64,000 bases of DNA from a virus (taxonomy: Duplodnaviria; Caudoviricetes). Below the pieces are notes generated by a model, which saw nothing but the letters and a program-made list of their open reading frames with translations, did no database searches and had not been told where the DNA came from. The stretch is from IMG/VR virus record IMGVR_UViG_3300020431_000009, positions 550 to 64,549 of that record; one strand, 5' to 3'. The stretch's first letter is position 1. Every line of letters starts with the position of its first letter. Made by a program: the position numbers and the translations under genes. Positions 54,690 to 62,834 of the stretch are shown one piece after another.

Positions 54690-54940
54690 ACTAACATTAA
54701 TTTGGCACGACTGGTTTTTTTCATAAAGTTAAGTTGTTGAGCATCGTGACGGAGTTTTTCCTTTAATGGTTTGCTGATCAACTTATTGATGCTATCTAGT
54801 TCAATCTCATTCACTTCACAGTAGTGGATAACCGAATCAATGTAATTCATATCGGGATTGCTAACTGCAATCTTCTCCACCTCCTGCGAGAATCTCGCAG
54901 TAGTCATAAACTTATCCTCTAATAATTGTTTTTTGTCCAT
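54686..54940 (-). CDS. late transcription coactivator gp33
   Basis: FS.EVE, YID.VIHYCE.NEIE, LISKPLKEKL..A..LNF. Confidence 0.85.
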   Translation of the reverse strand: MDKKQLLEDKFMTTARFSQEVEKIAVSNPDMNYIDSVIHYCEVNEIELDSINKLISKPLKEKLRHDAQQLNFMKKTSRAKLMLV

Positions 54941-55607
54941 ATCGTTCTTGATACTCCGAGATATAACTCATTAATTTCATAAAGAATTCTTTCTTAGGTG
55001 GAAGCACCTTGACTTGAGTCTCTCCGTTTTCACAAGCAACGATAGTTACGAGTTGCTTGACACTCAACCCGTAGTTTTCTTGAAGCATACATGCATATGC
55101 TGTTTCTTGAACGAAGTAATCGTAAAGATATTTCTCACGCTTAGGTTCAGCAGCTGTCTTAAAGTCAATGATAGACAACACACCGTCGAACTCAGCGATA
55201 CAATCTACTCGCCCCGCAATCTCTAAATGTTTAGAGTAGAGCGCCGCTTCCTGTAAGTAAATATTATTTATACGGTCCAAAACAGGGCGACTGTGATTGA
55301 ACATAAGAACAGGAAGAGGGAACTTACTATACTTCTTTAGGTCTAGATTATTATTAAAATAGTCTTCAGCAATAGAGTGATACTTTGTGCCACGACCAGT
55401 AGCACGAGTTGTCTTAGCATTCGCTGCCTTCTCGCCAACGCGAGCTCGCCACTTAGCAATGCCTGCTTTTTTTGCTGCGTTGTTGCCAATCACAGTGGTG
55501 ACAGATGGATAATGATGTCCTGTTGGTGTAAGATAAACACGTTTGCCCTCCACCATTTCAGCAGACATTTCAATAGGATCTAGTCCCACATGATTGAACA
55601 GTTTCAT
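54912..55607 (-). CDS. PD-(D/E)xK exonuclease
   Basis: YPSVTTV, RGT.YH..AE, AGRVDCI...IIDFKT, YFVQ..AY. Confidence 0.85.
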   Translation of the reverse strand: MKLFNHVGLDPIEMSAEMVEGKRVYLTPTGHHYPSVTTVIGNNAAKKAGIAKWRARVGEKAANAKTTRATGRGTKYHSIAEDYFNNNLDLKKYSKFPLPVLMFNHSRPVLDRINNIYLQEAALYSKHLEIAGRVDCIAEFDGVLSIIDFKTAAEPKREKYLYDYFVQETAYACMLQENYGLSVKQLVTIVACENGETQVKVLPPKKEFFMKLMSYISEYQERYGQKTIIRG

Positions 55608-56356
55608 AGACCCAGATTAATTTTATTAATGATGTAAGATTTGACAAGACCAGAGCGAACGATATCATCCACACCAAACTCAACCAGTGAGAACTCATCC
55701 ATATTTTGTAGGATGCGTTGGAAGTCTAGGATACCTGAACGTTCAGAGATCTTTTGAAGATCAGTTTGTGCTGCGTCTCCACAGAAAATGATCTTACTGT
55801 CCTGTCCCACACGAGTGATGATACTATCCAGTTCATGGAAGTTTAGGTTCTGACACTCATCAATGATAACGATAGCATTGTCTAGTGTAGTACCACGTAT
55901 GAAACTAGTAGACCAGAAGGAGATAGTTTCCTGTGCCTTCAGGTTATCATAGAGCATTTCATATGATGCATCGTCTGGCATCTCAAACATGGATTGAACC
56001 ATGTTCTTGTATGGTATCTGATAGAGAGAAGACTTATCCTCATGGTCTCCAGGGAGGAAACCAATCTCCCTAGTAGCGACAAGAGAGCGAACAATATAGA
56101 TCTTTTCAAAAGGTGTATACTCATTGAGTACATCCTTAAGTGCTTTGTAAAGAGCAACATATGTTTTACCTGTGCCTGCGACACCATAGGCATAAACCAT
56201 CTTACCTTTGTCCCACTCATCAAACATAACCTGCTGATTATGAGTAAGAGGTTCAACAGGGATCATGTATGCCTCATCAATAGGCTTACGACGCTTCCTC
56301 TGCTTCGCATTCATACCTTGTCCAGGTGCTTTAGTAGTCTTCTTTCTAGCTGGCAT
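55604..56356 (-). CDS. phoH: PhoH-like ATPase
   Basis: Start revised to ATG 56356; GVAGTGKT, IGFLPG, FIRGTTL, IIDECQN, GD..Q.D, VRSGLV. Confidence 0.95.
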   Translation of the reverse strand: MPARKKTTKAPGQGMNAKQRKRRKPIDEAYMIPVEPLTHNQQVMFDEWDKGKMVYAYGVAGTGKTYVALYKALKDVLNEYTPFEKIYIVRSLVATREIGFLPGDHEDKSSLYQIPYKNMVQSMFEMPDDASYEMLYDNLKAQETISFWSTSFIRGTTLDNAIVIIDECQNLNFHELDSIITRVGQDSKIIFCGDAAQTDLQKISERSGILDFQRILQNMDEFSLVEFGVDDIVRSGLVKSYIINKINLGL

Positions 56357-56357
56357 G

Positions 56358-56621
56358 TCAGTTATACTTTTGTGTGATGGTTCTATTTCTTGGTGCCTTA
56401 GGAGCAATCTTATTCTTCATTATATCATGAAAACCAGGATGTGTTCTACTCATCTTGTCTCTCCATTCACCAACCTCACCAGAGGCAGGACATGTAGATG
56501 GATCACTCCAATCTCTATCCCATTCTGGATTGTCATCTTTCCACTGACTCCACTCATGAACACTAAGTCTTACTTCTTTTTGTTCACCAGTTTCTTTGTT
56601 AATCACTGGGTAAGTCGCCAT
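56358..56621 (-). CDS. conserved T4-like hypothetical protein
   Basis: MATYPVINKETGE... Confidence 0.7.
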   Translation of the reverse strand: MATYPVINKETGEQKEVRLSVHEWSQWKDDNPEWDRDWSDPSTCPASGEVGEWRDKMSRTHPGFHDIMKNKIAPKAPRNRTITQKYN

Positions 56622-56835
56622 CGTCTCCCTCCTTTACTTTATTAAATCCAAATGGACCTGCTCCCTTTTCTTCTAGTGCTAGCTTCAGTGCGACACCACC
56701 AATCGCTTCCATCACTTTAATAACTTGCTCAGGTTTAGCATCTTCACCAAGTTCTTTGGCAACATACCAATACTTAGGCCAAAATGTTTGACCTGCCAAT
56801 TCATAATCTTCTAACGTTAATAGTTTCATGACCAC
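56599..56835 (-). CDS. hypothetical protein
   Basis: ORF track. Confidence 0.65.
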   Translation of the reverse strand: MVMKLLTLEDYELAGQTFWPKYWYVAKELGEDAKPEQVIKVMEAIGGVALKLALEEKGAGPFGFNKVKEGDDGDLPSD

Positions 56836-57476
56836 TCCAGTGCTTCAGCACAAATAGGTAATTCTTTTACAAATACATCGCGACATTGTTGAGCAATATC
56901 CATGTGTTCTTTTTGTGTTCCATGAGCAGAACGCAGATCAATATAATGCATCCATGAACGAACTGAGCCACTCATGTAGATTTTTGTAGGGACTGCCAAA
57001 GGAAGCACAAATCTAGCACATTCCTTTGCCACACCATGATCAAGCATAGTTTGATATAGATCCATACCAGAAGCAAAATGCCTCTCGATAGCAATCTCAA
57101 ACTCTTGCTTATGAAAAGCATCTAAATCATCAGTAGAATTCTGACGATTCTTTTTATCCTGACGACGCAAATCAGGTAGAGGAATTGTATCTGCCAGCAT
57201 AGAACTGTCAGCATACCGTTGAGAAAACTCTTGGAATGTGAAACTCCTATGCCTCAGAATTTGAGCTGCGATTCCGCGATTGGTTTCAATCTCTAGTGTC
57301 ATGAACGCTTGTTCAAATACAGACCAGTGATTATGTTTGATACAATAACTAAGGAGTCCCGATACTTTCGGATTGTCCTGGTTGTTCGGGTTGCTCACCC
57401 TCGCTACGTACCCCATCATCTTCTCCGCTTCTGGGGTGATAGAAACTAGACGGACTGACCCATGTTGTTGCTTCAT
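56826..57476 (-). CDS. thyX: flavin-dependent thymidylate synthase
   Basis: H.SVFE, RHRSFTFQEFSQRY, E.ARFVLP. Confidence 0.95.
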   Translation of the reverse strand: MKQQHGSVRLVSITPEAEKMMGYVARVSNPNNQDNPKVSGLLSYCIKHNHWSVFEQAFMTLEIETNRGIAAQILRHRSFTFQEFSQRYADSSMLADTIPLPDLRRQDKKNRQNSTDDLDAFHKQEFEIAIERHFASGMDLYQTMLDHGVAKECARFVLPLAVPTKIYMSGSVRSWMHYIDLRSAHGTQKEHMDIAQQCRDVFVKELPICAEALEWS

Positions 57477-57642
57477 TCTTGAATCCTTTACTCATCATTT
57501 CACGTTTTTTCTTGAGACCTAACTTAGCAGCACGTAACTGCAATCGCATGTAATGGATCTCCTCATCAGTATACATCATCGGATTCTTATCCGCAAGCTT
57601 AATCGCTTTCTTTGCTACTTTAATTGTATCTTTAAACCTCAA
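57349..57642 (-). CDS. hypothetical protein overlapping the thyX start
   Basis: GAGGAGG SD before TTG; 128-nt overlap with thyX. Confidence 0.55.
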   Translation of the reverse strand: MRFKDTIKVAKKAIKLADKNPMMYTDEEIHYMRLQLRAAKLGLKKKREMMSKGFKNEATTWVSPSSFYHPRSGEDDGVRSEGEQPEQPGQSESIGTP

Positions 57643-57902
57643 TGGGTTACCTCCTCTAAGTATTGAAGGAATGCTTTCTCAGCACCCTCCGTTGATTTAT
57701 TGCCTTGAGATACCCAGTGATGACAGAACTCATACAGATGCTTTCCTGTTTTTAGTTTCAAATAATGTTTCAATTTGATAAACACATCTGCGCGAAGACT
57801 CATACGTTCATCACTGTATCTCCAGTCAGACTCTATGTCCATATATTTATGAGTAATATCAATACATCTTAGCACAAAAAAAGAGGGGTCGCAACCCCTC
57901 AC
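57639..57902 (-). CDS. hypothetical protein
   Basis: ORF track; true start probably the internal MDIESDW. Confidence 0.6.
   Translation of the reverse strand: MRGCDPSFFVLRCIDITHKYMDIESDWRYSDERMSLRADVFIKLKHYLKLKTGKHLYEFCHHWVSQGNKSTEGAEKAFLQYLEEVTH
57876..57900 (-). terminator. intrinsic terminator with embedded -35, copy 1
   Basis: GAGGGGT-TGCG-ACCCCTC plus T7; identical to 58210-58234. Confidence 0.85.
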
Positions 57903-57909
57903 TTTGTAT

Positions 57910-58176
57910 TTAATCTACTGCTTGTGTATTTGACTTGGCGATTGTCTGTCGCCGCTCTTCGTCAGCAATGTAGTCAATGTTCATCGTTCGCCGTCTCTGA
58001 CGAGCCTGTTTAAACTGCTCCATCTTGACGTGATCTACTGCTTTCTTAATTGCTTTGTAAGTTCCTGGTTCAACGTCCCATTCACCATTCTCTGCTTTGA
58101 TACAGTATGTATCTGCTAGTTTTAGCAAGTGATCCAGTTTAGCATTAGAAACGTTTGTGGTCGGACCTTTAGCCAT
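57910..58176 (-). CDS. hypothetical protein flanked by identical terminators
   Basis: ORF track; own promoter at 58200-58228. Confidence 0.7.
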   Translation of the reverse strand: MAKGPTTNVSNAKLDHLLKLADTYCIKAENGEWDVEPGTYKAIKKAVDHVKMEQFKQARQRRRTMNIDYIADEERRQTIAKSNTQAVD

Positions 58177-58209
58177 GGTGTTTTGTCGTTTGCTCTAGTA
58201 TTATAGCAT

Positions 58210-58234
58210 AAAAAAAGAGGGGTCGCAACCCCTC
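58210..58234 (-). terminator. intrinsic terminator with embedded -35, copy 2
   Basis: Same 25 bp; TTGCGA-17 nt-TATAAT spans it. Confidence 0.85.
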
Positions 58235-58243
58235 GTGATGATA

Positions 58244-58414
58244 TTATGCTAAGATTCTCCTACAAATACGTTTACACAATGACTGACCTTCTCGACATTC
58301 GATTAAGCATTCATAGTATTCATTAATTGTTTCTAGTTCCTCTTGTGATTGTTGTACGGATGATTCAAAATTTCTCCACTCATGTAGTTGATTGAATGGA
58401 ATTAGATTATGCAT
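58244..58414 (-). CDS. small Cys-containing protein (56 aa)
   Basis: Hand-read MHNLIPFNQLHEW...YYECLIEC...LCKRICRRILA; GGAGG SD. Confidence 0.7.
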   Translation of the reverse strand: MHNLIPFNQLHEWRNFESSVQQSQEELETINEYYECLIECREGQSLCKRICRRILA

Positions 58415-58555
58415 GATGCACCTCCTTAGTATAGAATAAAACTAAATCATAACTAAGATTTATTTCTTACATCACTAGTCCTCATTTCTACAACTAATTA
58501 TAACGGTTTCCTAACATTTTAGCATCCGTAAATATGCTCAAAAATAAATAGGCAC

Positions 58556-58581
58556 AAAAAAAAGAGGGTCTAAACCCTCTT
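58556..58581 (-). terminator. intrinsic terminator after the DUF4278-like gene
   Basis: AGAGGGT-TTAG-ACCCTCT plus T-run. Confidence 0.8.
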
Positions 58582-58595
58582 GGTAAGTAAGTTAA

Positions 58596-58763
58596 TCACT
58601 TAGTGTAAAGTTTACCACGATAGCAGAATGTACCATGGGTCTCTTTTGATTCTACACAACGAGTAGAATACTCAACACCACGATATGAGGTGTGAGAGAT
58701 CTGTGCGTCGTGAAGGGCAGATGCTTTGTTGATCTGCTTCTTGATCATGTTTAGTGTGTTCAT
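58596..58763 (-). CDS. DUF4278-like small protein (55 aa; domain shared with GS-inactivating factor IF17)
   Basis: Hand-read; two YRG motifs (SYRGVEY, CYRGKLY); AGGAG SD; downstream of a glnA-type riboswitch. Confidence 0.75.
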   Translation of the reverse strand: MNTLNMIKKQINKASALHDAQISHTSYRGVEYSTRCVESKETHGTFCYRGKLYTK

Positions 58764-58797
58764 TTGTCAGTCTCCTGAAGTTAGGGTTTTTAATCCC

Positions 58798-59025
58798 CGT
58801 TCCTTCAGTCGTGTGCGTCCCATGGGTAGCAATGAGGGGTTGATTCCTTCATGACCTCAATCAATTCCACCTTATATTCGGTAGGAATATTCTCATTTGT
58901 TCTCATCCGTAGCATAATGCTATCAGCTTGAGCACATGTGAGTGATGAATAGAATAATAGTTCTAACATGGGATGAACGGCTCCGTTCCGCGACTTACTT
59001 GCGTCCTCCTTGTGGAAGATGAACG
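58798..59025 (-). ncRNA. glutamine riboswitch (glnA motif) with long P3 insertion
   Basis: P1 CGTTC/GAACG, P2 TCTTCC-ACAA-GGAGGA, CGCAAGTA junction, P3 AGTCG/CGACT, GAAG; starts right after a promoter. Confidence 0.8.
58805..58969 (-). CDS. 54-aa ORF nested inside the riboswitch
   Basis: MLELLFYSSLTCAQADSIMLRMRTNENIPTEYKVELIEVMKESTPHCYPWDAHD; stop codon lies in P3'/GAAG. Confidence 0.65.
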   Translation of the reverse strand: MLELLFYSSLTCAQADSIMLRMRTNENIPTEYKVELIEVMKESTPHCYPWDAHD

Positions 59026-59032
59026 TGTGGTA

Positions 59033-59061
59033 ATTATACCATACTTTATTTATGGTAGCAA
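59033..59061 (-). promoter_or_regulatory. sigma70-type promoter of the riboswitch unit
   Basis: TTGCTA-17 nt-TATAAT; an ATAAATA late-type motif also lies in the spacer. Confidence 0.75.
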
Positions 59062-59062
59062 G

Positions 59063-59332
59063 TCAGTTTCCAGCTAAGTAGAACGAAGATTCTTTCGCCT
59101 TACATACCCTCTTGACTTCTGCGTCATAGACAGGAACTGTTCCAGCACCAGTGATTAAGTTCTTAGCAAATTCCCATGCCTCTCTGTAACGATAAAACTT
59201 ATACACATCGTTATAAGTTTTAGCAGATACAAGAATACCATCCTTCCTCCATGTCTTCATCGTATGCCAGACAGTAGGTTCAGATAGTTTACGATAGAAA
59301 ATACACCAATTGCCCTTTTGATTTGCACTCAT
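59063..59332 (-). CDS. hypothetical protein
   Basis: ORF track. Confidence 0.65.
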   Translation of the reverse strand: MSANQKGNWCIFYRKLSEPTVWHTMKTWRKDGILVSAKTYNDVYKFYRYREAWEFAKNLITGAGTVPVYDAEVKRVCKAKESSFYLAGN

Positions 59333-59571
59333 TTGCTTTTCTTGTTAGGATTTTGCCAGAGTTTAGGATTAGCTCTACCCTCTGTTTGGTTCATACTAAT
59401 TACACTATGATACTTGTCCCAGTAGTGATCAAATATCTCTGATTTCTTAGCAGATATAACAATGTCATGTTGAACACCACCTTCAGTATTATACTCAATA
59501 ATATAAGCAGTACATGGTAGTGATGTATCCTCTGCTAATTTAGGATCACAGTTTTCGTGAAGTAAATTCAC
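59329..59571 (-). CDS. hypothetical protein
   Basis: Start revised to GTG 59571, overlapping the upstream stop. Confidence 0.65.
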   Translation of the reverse strand: MNLLHENCDPKLAEDTSLPCTAYIIEYNTEGGVQHDIVISAKKSEIFDHYWDKYHSVISMNQTEGRANPKLWQNPNKKSK

Positions 59572-59999
59572 GAGCGACCTCCCCATTGAATCTGAGGATA
59601 TGCTTCCTCCACACACTGCTTGGTGATCTTCCAACGCTTGCCAAGTTTCTTATCCTTCATAAGACACAACACCTCTGCTTCTCCCTTGTGTAGACCCTCT
59701 AGGAGTTGAATGAATAGGGTTTCGCGACGACTTTGAGATACGTTTGCTCCACCCTTAAAGAAAAGATAGAGCTTACGATACTCGTGAACAAGTTTCGTAT
59801 GCTCTGTATCTTCTGGTGCTTCATTCTTTTCATACGGAACATCACCAGCTGGAAGCATAGAGATAATGCTCTCATCAAAGTTGGCAATTAGAATTTGCCT
59901 GAGTGCTGGAGAGTTATGCTCCTGCAGAAGTTTAATTTTTTGAGTCTTAGTTTTAGCGTTGCTTATTTTTTGCAGCACTTCATTCAGTAATAATTGCAT
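59568..59999 (-). CDS. conserved T4-like hypothetical protein
   Basis: EVLQKIS..K...KIK.LQ, RETLFIQLLEGLH..EA; late promoter at 60022-60028. Confidence 0.75.
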   Translation of the reverse strand: MQLLLNEVLQKISNAKTKTQKIKLLQEHNSPALRQILIANFDESIISMLPAGDVPYEKNEAPEDTEHTKLVHEYRKLYLFFKGGANVSQSRRETLFIQLLEGLHKGEAEVLCLMKDKKLGKRWKITKQCVEEAYPQIQWGGRS

Positions 60000-60024
60000 G
60001 ACCTAATTAATATCATAAGTGTAT

Positions 60025-60249
60025 TTATTCTTCTTCAAGTTCCTCTTCATCTACGAAGCGAACTGATAGAAGTTCTTCGTTGATCCATTGACCGTCTCCG
60101 TCTAACATCTCTGGATGAATGTTGTCTTCTTGCATACGATACATGTATTCATGGAGTTTTTCGTTTGCTGTCCACCCAGTAATCACACCAACACATAAAA
60201 ATATAAAGGAAACAGTTGCTGAGAAATAAACAATGGTTGCTTGCGTCAT
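60025..60249 (-). CDS. small membrane protein
   Basis: N-terminal TM helix; HPEM.D.DG. Confidence 0.7.
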   Translation of the reverse strand: MTQATIVYFSATVSFIFLCVGVITGWTANEKLHEYMYRMQEDNIHPEMLDGDGQWINEELLSVRFVDEEELEEE

Positions 60250-60264
60250 TGGTTCAACTCCAAT

Positions 60265-60438
60265 TTAAGTTTGCTTGCTGTCCCACAAAAGTTCAAAGTT
60301 GAAATAGACTCTTCGCTTTAGTAGGGTAAAAAATCTAGTGATAGCGATACCTTTTGATGGGGGTTTCGCTTCTTCCTTTTCTGCCTTCGCCCCCCGAAGC
60401 ATTAGTTCTATGCCTTTATTTATTTTAAGATCTTTCAC
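60265..60438 (-). CDS. small hypothetical protein (57 aa)
   Basis: Hand-read from a GTG overlapping the grx stop. Confidence 0.45.
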   Translation of the reverse strand: MKDLKINKGIELMLRGAKAEKEEAKPPSKGIAITRFFTLLKRRVYFNFELLWDSKQT

Positions 60439-60677
60439 TTTTTTGGTGCAGAGACTAATCCATTTTCTAGAAAAAATTTAGCAGTCTCTACTAAACCACC
60501 GACCTCTTCGCCATCGATAACAACATATGGAAAAGATGTTGCATTAGGATAATCTTTTTTCATTTCTGTTGACGTTGCTTGAATATCTTCGTAGTCATTG
60601 ATATTAGCACGTTCAAAAAGTTCCTTTAACTTTTCACAGTAGCGACATCCAGGCGTGGAATAAAATTTAATTTCCAT
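60435..60677 (-). CDS. glutaredoxin (NrdC-like)
   Basis: Start revised to ATG 60677; CRYC active site, SFP, GG. Confidence 0.9.
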   Translation of the reverse strand: MEIKFYSTPGCRYCEKLKELFERANINDYEDIQATSTEMKKDYPNATSFPYVVIDGEEVGGLVETAKFFLENGLVSAPKK

Positions 60678-60701
60678 AAAAAGCAAATGACTAACATATG
60701 T

Positions 60702-60752
60702 AGTATACAATAAAAAACCACCCCCGTCAAGAGGATGGTCGAGGAGGTGGTC
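60702..60752 (-). promoter_or_regulatory. terminator-like hairpin with embedded sigma70 promoter
   Basis: CCACCTCC...GGGGGTGG plus T6, with TTGACG-17 nt-TATACT (60702-60730). Confidence 0.75.
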
Positions 60753-60800
60753 TGAATGGACAGTCTGGACACCCAGCACCACAACATCCTCTAGAAAGGT

Positions 60801-61445
60801 TCATAATTTAACCCAATGGTTTTGATTGGCAACATGTTCTGTCCACTCTTCTTTTCGTATAATATCAAACGCAAATGTCATTCTGATTTTATTATCTTTT
60901 ACAGAATCTGTATAGTGTTTCATCCAACTGGGGAAAATAGTAATCTTACCATCAAAGTTTTTTGATTCCCAGTTCTCTTCGGTAAAAGGATTTACATAAT
61001 ACGTTGACGTTTGATTAACTTGTACACATACATGACCACTTAAGTAACAAGCAGGTGTTGGGTTATGTATGTGAGGGAAAATCTTTTGATTTTTTCTCAT
61101 CACATTTGCCCATGACTGTACATAGATTTCATCTAAAGGTGGATACTCTAAGGATTCTATAAACTGATCATGAACTTTACGAATAACTTTCCTAAGTGGT
61201 TTTGCATTATCAAATTCAAGAAGATTGTAATTTCCAGAACGTGAAGTTAAACTATCCTTTCCTAGTTTAGTACCCCAATCACTAACAAATTCATACTTGT
61301 CAATGATTTCTTCTTCTTTAGACATTACTTCTTTTTGTATAAGATACAAATCAAACTCAACTTGACCTTCACCAATATAATATTCCCAAGAAGGAGCGAA
61401 TGGAGTATCACCGTCTTTATTAAAACCGTATATTTGTTCAAGCAT
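60801..61445 (-). CDS. putative 2OG-Fe(II) oxygenase (TIGR02466-like)
   Basis: SWAN...PHIH...LSG, IFPSWMKH, R.T.AFD. Confidence 0.7.
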   Translation of the reverse strand: MLEQIYGFNKDGDTPFAPSWEYYIGEGQVEFDLYLIQKEVMSKEEEIIDKYEFVSDWGTKLGKDSLTSRSGNYNLLEFDNAKPLRKVIRKVHDQFIESLEYPPLDEIYVQSWANVMRKNQKIFPHIHNPTPACYLSGHVCVQVNQTSTYYVNPFTEENWESKNFDGKITIFPSWMKHYTDSVKDNKIRMTFAFDIIRKEEWTEHVANQNHWVKL

Positions 61446-61468
61446 AAAAAAGAGGGTGTTTAACCCTC
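61445..61468 (-). terminator. intrinsic terminator
   Basis: GAGGGT-TAAAC-ACCCTC plus T5. Confidence 0.7.
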
Positions 61469-61479
61469 AAAGTATACCA

Positions 61480-61692
61480 CTATTCAGTTTTTTTGTAAAG
61501 GTCTTCCAGTTTTTCTCTAGTTAAATCCACATACATTAACTCTTCACCTGCCTGTGGTGCTTCAGGATGACGTGGTTTGGGTCTATTCATTTCTATTTTA
61601 ATAGATTGAATATTAGCCCACATCATAGCGAAGGCACCACCAGCAATGAGAGCAAAGCATATAAAGTAAAGTGAGACTTCAAAACTATTCAC
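61480..61692 (-). CDS. DUF2973-like small membrane protein
   Basis: TM helix followed by RHPE...GEEL. Confidence 0.65.
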   Translation of the reverse strand: MNSFEVSLYFICFALIAGGAFAMMWANIQSIKIEMNRPKPRHPEAPQAGEELMYVDLTREKLEDLYKKTE

Positions 61693-62744
61693 AATGCATT
61701 ACCACGAGGCAGAACTTCCTCAGGGAAGATAAAGTTTTCATGTGGTTGATCGGCAGGTGCTAACCATGCTCTCAATCCTTCATTTAAAAGTATATTTTTT
61801 GTGTAAAATGTCTCGAATTCAGGATCCTCTGCTGCTCTGATCTCTTGACTTACAAAATCATAAGCACGAAGATTAAGAGCAAGCCCAATGATGCCAATAG
61901 AAGATGTCCAAAGACCCATGACAGGAACAAACAACATAAAGAAGTGCAACCAACGCTTATTGCTAAACGCAATCCCGAAGATTTGCGACCAAAAACGGTT
62001 CGCAGTGACCATAGAATAGGTCTCTTCTTCTTGAGTGGAATCAAATGCCTTGAATGTGTTTGCTTGTTCTCCATCTTCATACAATGTATTCTCTACAGTT
62101 ACACCATGGATTGCTGATAGCAATGCTCCACCTAGTATACCAGCAACTCCCATCATATGGAAGGGGTTGAGGGTCCAGTTGTGGAAACCCTGAAGGAACA
62201 ACAGGAACCTGAAGATCGCCGCGACACCAAAGGACGGCGCGAAAAACCAAGAGGACTGTCCCAAAGGATAGATGAGGAACACACTGACGAATACAGCAAT
62301 AGGACCAGAAAAAGCAATCGCATTGTAAGGTCTGATACCAATCAGGCGAGCAAGTTCAAATTGCCTAAGCATGAAACCAATGAGAGCGAAGGCACCGTGG
62401 AGAGCCACGAAATTCCAGAGTCCCCCAAGCTGGCACCACCGCTGGAAATTCCCCTGAGACTCAGGACCCCAAAGTAGCAGAAGAGAATGACCCATAGCGT
62501 CAGCAGGCGTCGAGACAGCTGCCGTAAGAAAGTTAGCACCCTCAAGATAGGAAGAAGCAAGACCGTGGGTGTACCAACTCGTAACAAAAGCTGTGCCAGT
62601 AAGCCAACCGCCAATGGCAAGATAAGCAGTGGGAAGAAGTAGGAGTCCAGACCAACCCACAAAGACAAAGCGATCCCGTTTAACCCAGTCGTCCAGGACA
62701 TCGAACCACCCCCTAGTTGGTGTTGTTAGTGTACTTGTTGTCAT
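61689..62744 (-). CDS. psbD: photosystem II D2 protein
   Basis: Full-length D2 ([10 protein letters not shown]...[10 protein letters not shown]). Confidence 0.99.
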   Translation of the reverse strand: MTTSTLTTPTRGWFDVLDDWVKRDRFVFVGWSGLLLLPTAYLAIGGWLTGTAFVTSWYTHGLASSYLEGANFLTAAVSTPADAMGHSLLLLWGPESQGNFQRWCQLGGLWNFVALHGAFALIGFMLRQFELARLIGIRPYNAIAFSGPIAVFVSVFLIYPLGQSSWFFAPSFGVAAIFRFLLFLQGFHNWTLNPFHMMGVAGILGGALLSAIHGVTVENTLYEDGEQANTFKAFDSTQEEETYSMVTANRFWSQIFGIAFSNKRWLHFFMLFVPVMGLWTSSIGIIGLALNLRAYDFVSQEIRAAEDPEFETFYTKNILLNEGLRAWLAPADQPHENFIFPEEVLPRGNAL

Positions 62745-62786
62745 TTTTTGTTTACCTTAGACATAAAACTTTACATTTGTAGAGAT

Positions 62787-62811
62787 AAAAAAAGGAGGTC
62801 CGAAGACCCCC
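62787..62811 (-). terminator. intrinsic terminator between psbA and psbD
   Basis: GGGGGTC-TTCG-GACCTCC plus T7. Confidence 0.85.
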
Positions 62812-62834
62812 AAATTATACCATAGGTTGAGTAA

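Noticed and set aside
54912-55607. Cas4-like nuclease suggesting CRISPR
   Set aside because: This is the usual T4-like cyanophage PD-(D/E)xK exonuclease next to gp33/phoH; no Cas4 Fe-S cysteine set and no repeat-spacer array seen
57349-57476. 128-nt overlap of a hypothetical ORF with thyX as a regulatory overlap or fusion
   Set aside because: Most simply a lost stop codon giving a non-conserved tail; no slippery site or structure seen
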